DNA from: Eledone cirrhosa
Lineage: Eukaryota
Length of the DNA stretch: 64,000 nt
Assembly (NCBI GenBank): GCA_964016885.1
Contig: OZ024754.1
Location: 9,114,001 to 9,178,000, forward strand
Direction: 5' to 3'
The position numbers and the translations under genes are program-made. Below are positions 58,896 to 64,000 of this stretch, piece after piece. Under the pieces are notes generated by a model. The model saw nothing but the letters and a program-made list of their open reading frames with translations, was not told where the DNA came from and searched no databases. The stretch's first letter is position 1. Every line of letters starts with the position of its first letter.

Positions 58896-59199
58896 AAATC
58901 AAAAGAAAAGCTACCATCTTCACCATTATCATCCCCATCAGTATTTCCTCCATCAGAGATGATAAATCTGTGTTGACTTCTTTCTCAAACTTTGTTTTAA
59001 CCGTTTCAATCTGTGACAAACAACAAATTCCTGATCCTAATGCTAATCCAATATGTCTTCCTAGACAAACGATCATTTCCTCGTCTCATCCTACGAACTG
59101 TTCACATGAAACGACTACACGACACAGAATTAACAGAAATACTACAGGAATCTTTATTTGAATTTTTTTTTATTATGTAAACAACGTTATATTCTTAAT

Positions 59200-59527
59200 C
59201 ACACACACACATTCACTCACACACAAACACATTCACACAAACACATTCACACACACAACATACAAACACATTCCCACACACACACAAATACACCCCCCAC
59301 ACACATACAAACACATTCCCCCCCCACACACAAATACACACATACAAACACATTGCCCCACACACACAAACACATTCCCACACACATACAAACACATTCC
59401 ACACACAAACACACAGACATCCGCCACACACACATACAAACACATTCCCACACACACACAAACACACACATACAAACACATTCCCACACAAACACACACA
59501 CACAAACACATTCCCCCACACACAAAC
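59200..59527. repeat. CA-rich repeat (acacatacaaacacattccc)n
   Basis: Seen directly. Confidence 0.9.
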
Positions 59528-59740
59528 CCCTATACGTGTTAGTATATAGACGTCATACAAGATGTCTGTTCTGGCTCTTTGTCTTCTGAGTTCTTGAGTA
59601 GCAGATATAATCTCTCCTTTGGTTTAGCACAACCACATAGGTATTGTGTACCTTTATTGGGTCAACACTCCGGTTTGTGGATAACTTTCTCCCTTCTTCA
59701 ACCCAGGACCGAACTTTCACTTGCTGAGGTTCTAAGTTTT

Positions 59741-59923
59741 GAGGCCCCTAATTTTTGGTTGTAAATCTGAGGCCCCTAATTTTTGGTTCTAAATTCGAGG
59801 CCCCTAATTTTTGGTTGTAAATCTGAGGCCCCTAATTTTTGGTTCTAAATCTGAGGCCACTAATTTTTGGTTCTAAATCTGAGGCCACTAATTTTTGGTT
59901 CTAAATCTGAGGCTCTTAATTTT
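59741..59923. repeat. 28-bp tandem repeat, ~6.5 copies
   Basis: Unit gaggcccctaatttttggtt[g/c]taaatct. Confidence 0.92.
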
Positions 59924-60026
59924 TGATGATTTAGTGTTAAAGAATAAATACTAATGATAAAATAAAAAAATATATTTAAAAACGTGGCCCCCGAGGGTGT
60001 GTGGCCCTAAACTATAGTTTATTTAG

Positions 60027-60249
60027 CTTATAGGTAAGTCTAGCACTGCTTCTACCCTTATAGGTAAGTCTAGCACTGCTTCTAGCACTGCTTCTAGCAC
60101 TGCTTCTACCCTTATAGGTAAGTCTAGCACTGCTTCTAGCACTGCTTCTACCCTTATAGATAAGTCTAGCACTGCTTCTAGCACTGCTTCTACCCTTATA
60201 GGTAAGTCTAGCACTGCTTCTACCCTTATAGGTAAGTCTAGCACTGCTT
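60027..60249. repeat. 30-bp tandem repeat with 12-bp internal reiterations
   Basis: cccttataggtaagtctagcactgcttcta with extra gcactgcttcta units. Confidence 0.9.
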
Positions 60250-60490
60250 TCAAATAAATGGTCTTGGCCACTGCCCCTCTCTCCCTAACTAGACAGTAAA
60301 AACAAACAAACAAAAATTAATAATGTGTATTAGATTCTCCAACAAAGTCAACATAATAAAGGTTTTTATGTCTGCTAAATGGTTAATTAAAAAATGTGGT
60401 CCATTTATCATCTCGGCACATTTTCCTAACCTCACAATCCTTCGGGACTCCTTTGGAAAACAACATTTTCCAGATATCAGACTAAAAATA

Positions 60491-60526
60491 AACAGACATA
60501 CACATACACACATGTAGACAGAGACA

Positions 60527-60606
<80 letters not shown>

Positions 60607-60633
60607 CACACACACGCACACATGTAGACAGAG

Positions 60634-60664
<31 letters not shown>

Positions 60665-61328
60665 CATACATACACACGCACACATGTAGACAGAGACACA
60701 TACGCACATATATACATACATATATATATATATACACACGCACACATGTAGACAGAGACACATATATATATATATACATACATATATACACACGCACACA
60801 CACACACACATATATATATACACATACATACACACACACGCACACATGTAGACAGACACACACACACATATATATATACATACACACGCACACATGTAGA
60901 CAGAGACACATACATACGAACACACATACATACACATGAACACACGTAGACACACACACACATATATAATAGACATAAACACGAACACATGTAGACACAG
61001 ACACGCACACATACATACATACACGCACATACACAGACACAGACACACATACACACACATATATACATATACATACATACACAGATTAGGTCGTGAAGAT
61101 TATGTGTAGGAAGGCGATTCATTTAATAATCTAACAGTCAATGATAGACTTTCTTGGACATTAGTGGACGGCCATCATATGTGTGTATATATGTGTATAT
61201 ATGTGTATATATGTGTATAAGTATATACATATCTACACACGTACACACACGTGCACACACACGCACACACATGTATTCGTACATTGCTTAAGTGTTTCAT
61301 TCTTGCTACAATGTAGATGTGTTTCAGC

Positions 61329-61366
<38 letters not shown>

Positions 61367-61430
61367 GTATATATATGTAATTATATATATGTGTGTGTGT
61401 GTGTGTGAGTATGTGTGTGTGCATGTGTGT
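60491..61430. repeat. (CA)n/(TA)n compound microsatellites with a recurring catgtagacagagac unit
   Basis: Seen directly. Confidence 0.9.
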
Positions 61431-62071
61431 AAGAGAGATATAGAAAAGGCGGTGTTGATGGAGAGAGATATCCTTTGAGCTATTTCAGTAAAGTACATAT
61501 CACCTCTTAGGAACAGAAGCAGTAAGGAAAGTGTTTGTGATACAAGTTTTACAAGATGAGAGTTCCAGTCATACATGCTTTATATAGTTTATTTTTTATT
61601 GTTTTTCAATAGAGAGAATTTCTTAATTTTCATTATTCTATAAGGTTTTGTCCAAGAGTTTTCACCTTTGCGCTATAAGATATCCAAGTACGTCAATAGT
61701 TTATTTAATTTTATTTTCATTTTAGTTAAATAATCTTATATACAACCCCCCCCCCCCCTCCTCTCCCCACACACGCACCTCCATCCCTGAATCACAGTGA
61801 CCTTAAACTCTGGATTAATTAAGTTTTCACGATCAGCCGATAGCAAAAATTGCCTCACACACACACACAAAAGAGAAAAAGAAAAAAAAAATATATATTT
61901 TCAAATAAATGCTGATTGTGCAAAAGCAAAACCAGAGCAGAAGATTTTGAAAGCTGTCCTTGTTCTTAGCGAAAAAAAAATGGACGACTTGAAATATTTA
62001 TATTTCTCTGGTAATTTATTTACTTGTTTCATTCTGGTAGGGTTCGATTTGGCTTTAAACTAAAATAAACA

Positions 62072-62144
<73 letters not shown>

Positions 62145-64000
62145 TATTGAAGTTTCCGTTGAAAACAGAAAAAGTCATAGGAGTGAAGAGTGCTCTATGT
62201 AAGTACCAGAGCAAAATTTAATGTTTAAAAAACAACAATACAATATAATTACCTCATTACCAGAGGTTTCCCGAATAAGGCGAATATATATATATATATA
62301 TATATATTGGCTCATAAATGACTTACACTACTTAAACATTTTTTTTTATCAATTATTTATTTTGATTTATTATTTCACATTTTGAAAACATTTGTTTATT
62401 TATTTCAAAATGTGATATAAAAAGTAAAATAAATTCATGGTAAAAAATATCATTAATTTTTTTAATGCTAAAAATCAATTATGGGTCACCCTGTAAATTG
62501 TTCAACACACCCAACTTCTCTAATACGATTGGGGACACGTGTAAACGTCACGATTTTCCAACTGCTCTTTCCTTAAATGTAAGGGCCTTTGTGTAAACGG
62601 AACGGTGTACAGCGACGGTTACTTACCTTTAAAATTGTTCCGTTGTTGCGAAGAATTGGTTTTTTTTATTTCCAATAGGGTTAAAATAGCAATGGGGCGG
62701 GTGGATTTGAAAGAATGTTAGAGTGTGGGACAAAATGCCTTGTGGTATCTATGTACGCCTCTTTATGTCTTGATTTCGAATCCTATTAAGGTCAACTTCG
62801 CCTATTATCTTTCCGAGAAAAACAAATAACTACGAGTCAGGAACCGAAACGACCTTCATTGTTTAAAACCTCCCACCAAAATGTTGAAAATTGATATGAT
62901 TAAAATAGCGAGTGTTGTGGAGGGTGAGATCAAGTGTACAAAGTGCCGTGAAGGATTAAAAATTCGTAATCGAAGCCATTTCACTTCAATTACGTTGGTA
63001 ATATTTTGGGGGAAAGAGCAGTTAGCAGTTTGTGTCTAATCAATTGGGGTTAATATAACTACAACCAGTTCGATTATATTGATTCCTTAACTAGACACAG
63101 GGCCAATTTTTAAAATAGCTACCAGTATATTACTGCTACCTATTTTAAAAATTGGCCTTATTAATGAGGAGAGAAAAGGGAAATGTAATGGTATGTCTTT
63201 CTGTAACATCATCAGTGATGTAAACAGATTGAAGCCACAGTCGTCATTGTTCTCTATAACCCCAGGTCAACCATGACGAAGCAGAGTTGAAGACCTGAAG
63301 CATTCTAGAAGCCACTTACCCGTCATTTTCATTTTTTTTTAGGGATATCTAGGATTAAAATATCTAATGTTTCTTTTTTTCCTTTGTCAGACGGTTGCTT
63401 GTAATTTGAGAAGGATTTTGATGCTATTTCTAGCAGATCGAGAGACCACATTAGTGGCTCGCCTCGTTGTCTCGGCTTATTGCAACCCCAACTCCCCTTG
63501 TCGAAGATAGCTTTCACCCCATCTTCAGACAGAATACATTAAGAATCTCTTAAATACAAAAGGCTGAATCAAGCATAAAGACGTTCTAAGTTGAAAGATA
63601 ATTTTGAAGACATATCCAAGAATAAAATGACCTTAGAGTGCAAGAAGCGAAAAACCAATTCCAAGTTATTTTCTCTCTTCTATTCTTTTAGAGACTGGAC
63701 AGCATTTTAATTAACACAGAAATTTCATTTAGATTTTCGTTGAATTCACCTAAGAGGTATCAATAGAGTTTTTGAAGTATAACACAAACGTAAAAACAAA
63801 ATAAATAAATACACAAACAAAACTACAAAAACAAACATAAAAATAAATTATAAAGGCATAAACACATAAGCCATCGAGAGAGTGCTGTTGACACTGAAAT
63901 AAAAACTGGCTACATGCCACAACAACTTAAAAATAAGTCTGATTCACGTGTAACAGTGAGGAAAGTATCTAGTAATAAATGTGAAGGTTGTAATTTAATA

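Overview
AT-rich, repeat-saturated animal genomic DNA. The (TA)n/(CA)n microsatellites, RTE-clade LINEs with (GAT)n tails and a very abundant tRNA-derived SINE suggest an octopus-like cephalopod; this is inference only. The first ~32 kb is almost entirely transposon debris, satellites and palindromes. It includes at least six sequence-distinct hammerhead-ribozyme motifs of the type carried by Penelope-like element pseudo-LTRs, several in fold-back arrangement and embedded in (TA)n tracts. At 32.9-50.6 kb lies a tandem array of three intronless FERM + protein-tyrosine-phosphatase genes of the PTPN14/PTPN21 (Pez) family. All three have degenerate WPD, P-loop and Q-loop motifs and a linker made of a copy-number-variable coding minisatellite. 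Copies 1 and 2 lie in a SINE-bounded ~5.5 kb duplication. An 801-aa acidic ORF of unknown family follows at 55.6-58.0 kb. Most other listed ORFs are artefacts of simple repeats or antisense shadows. Repeat boundaries were estimated by eye.
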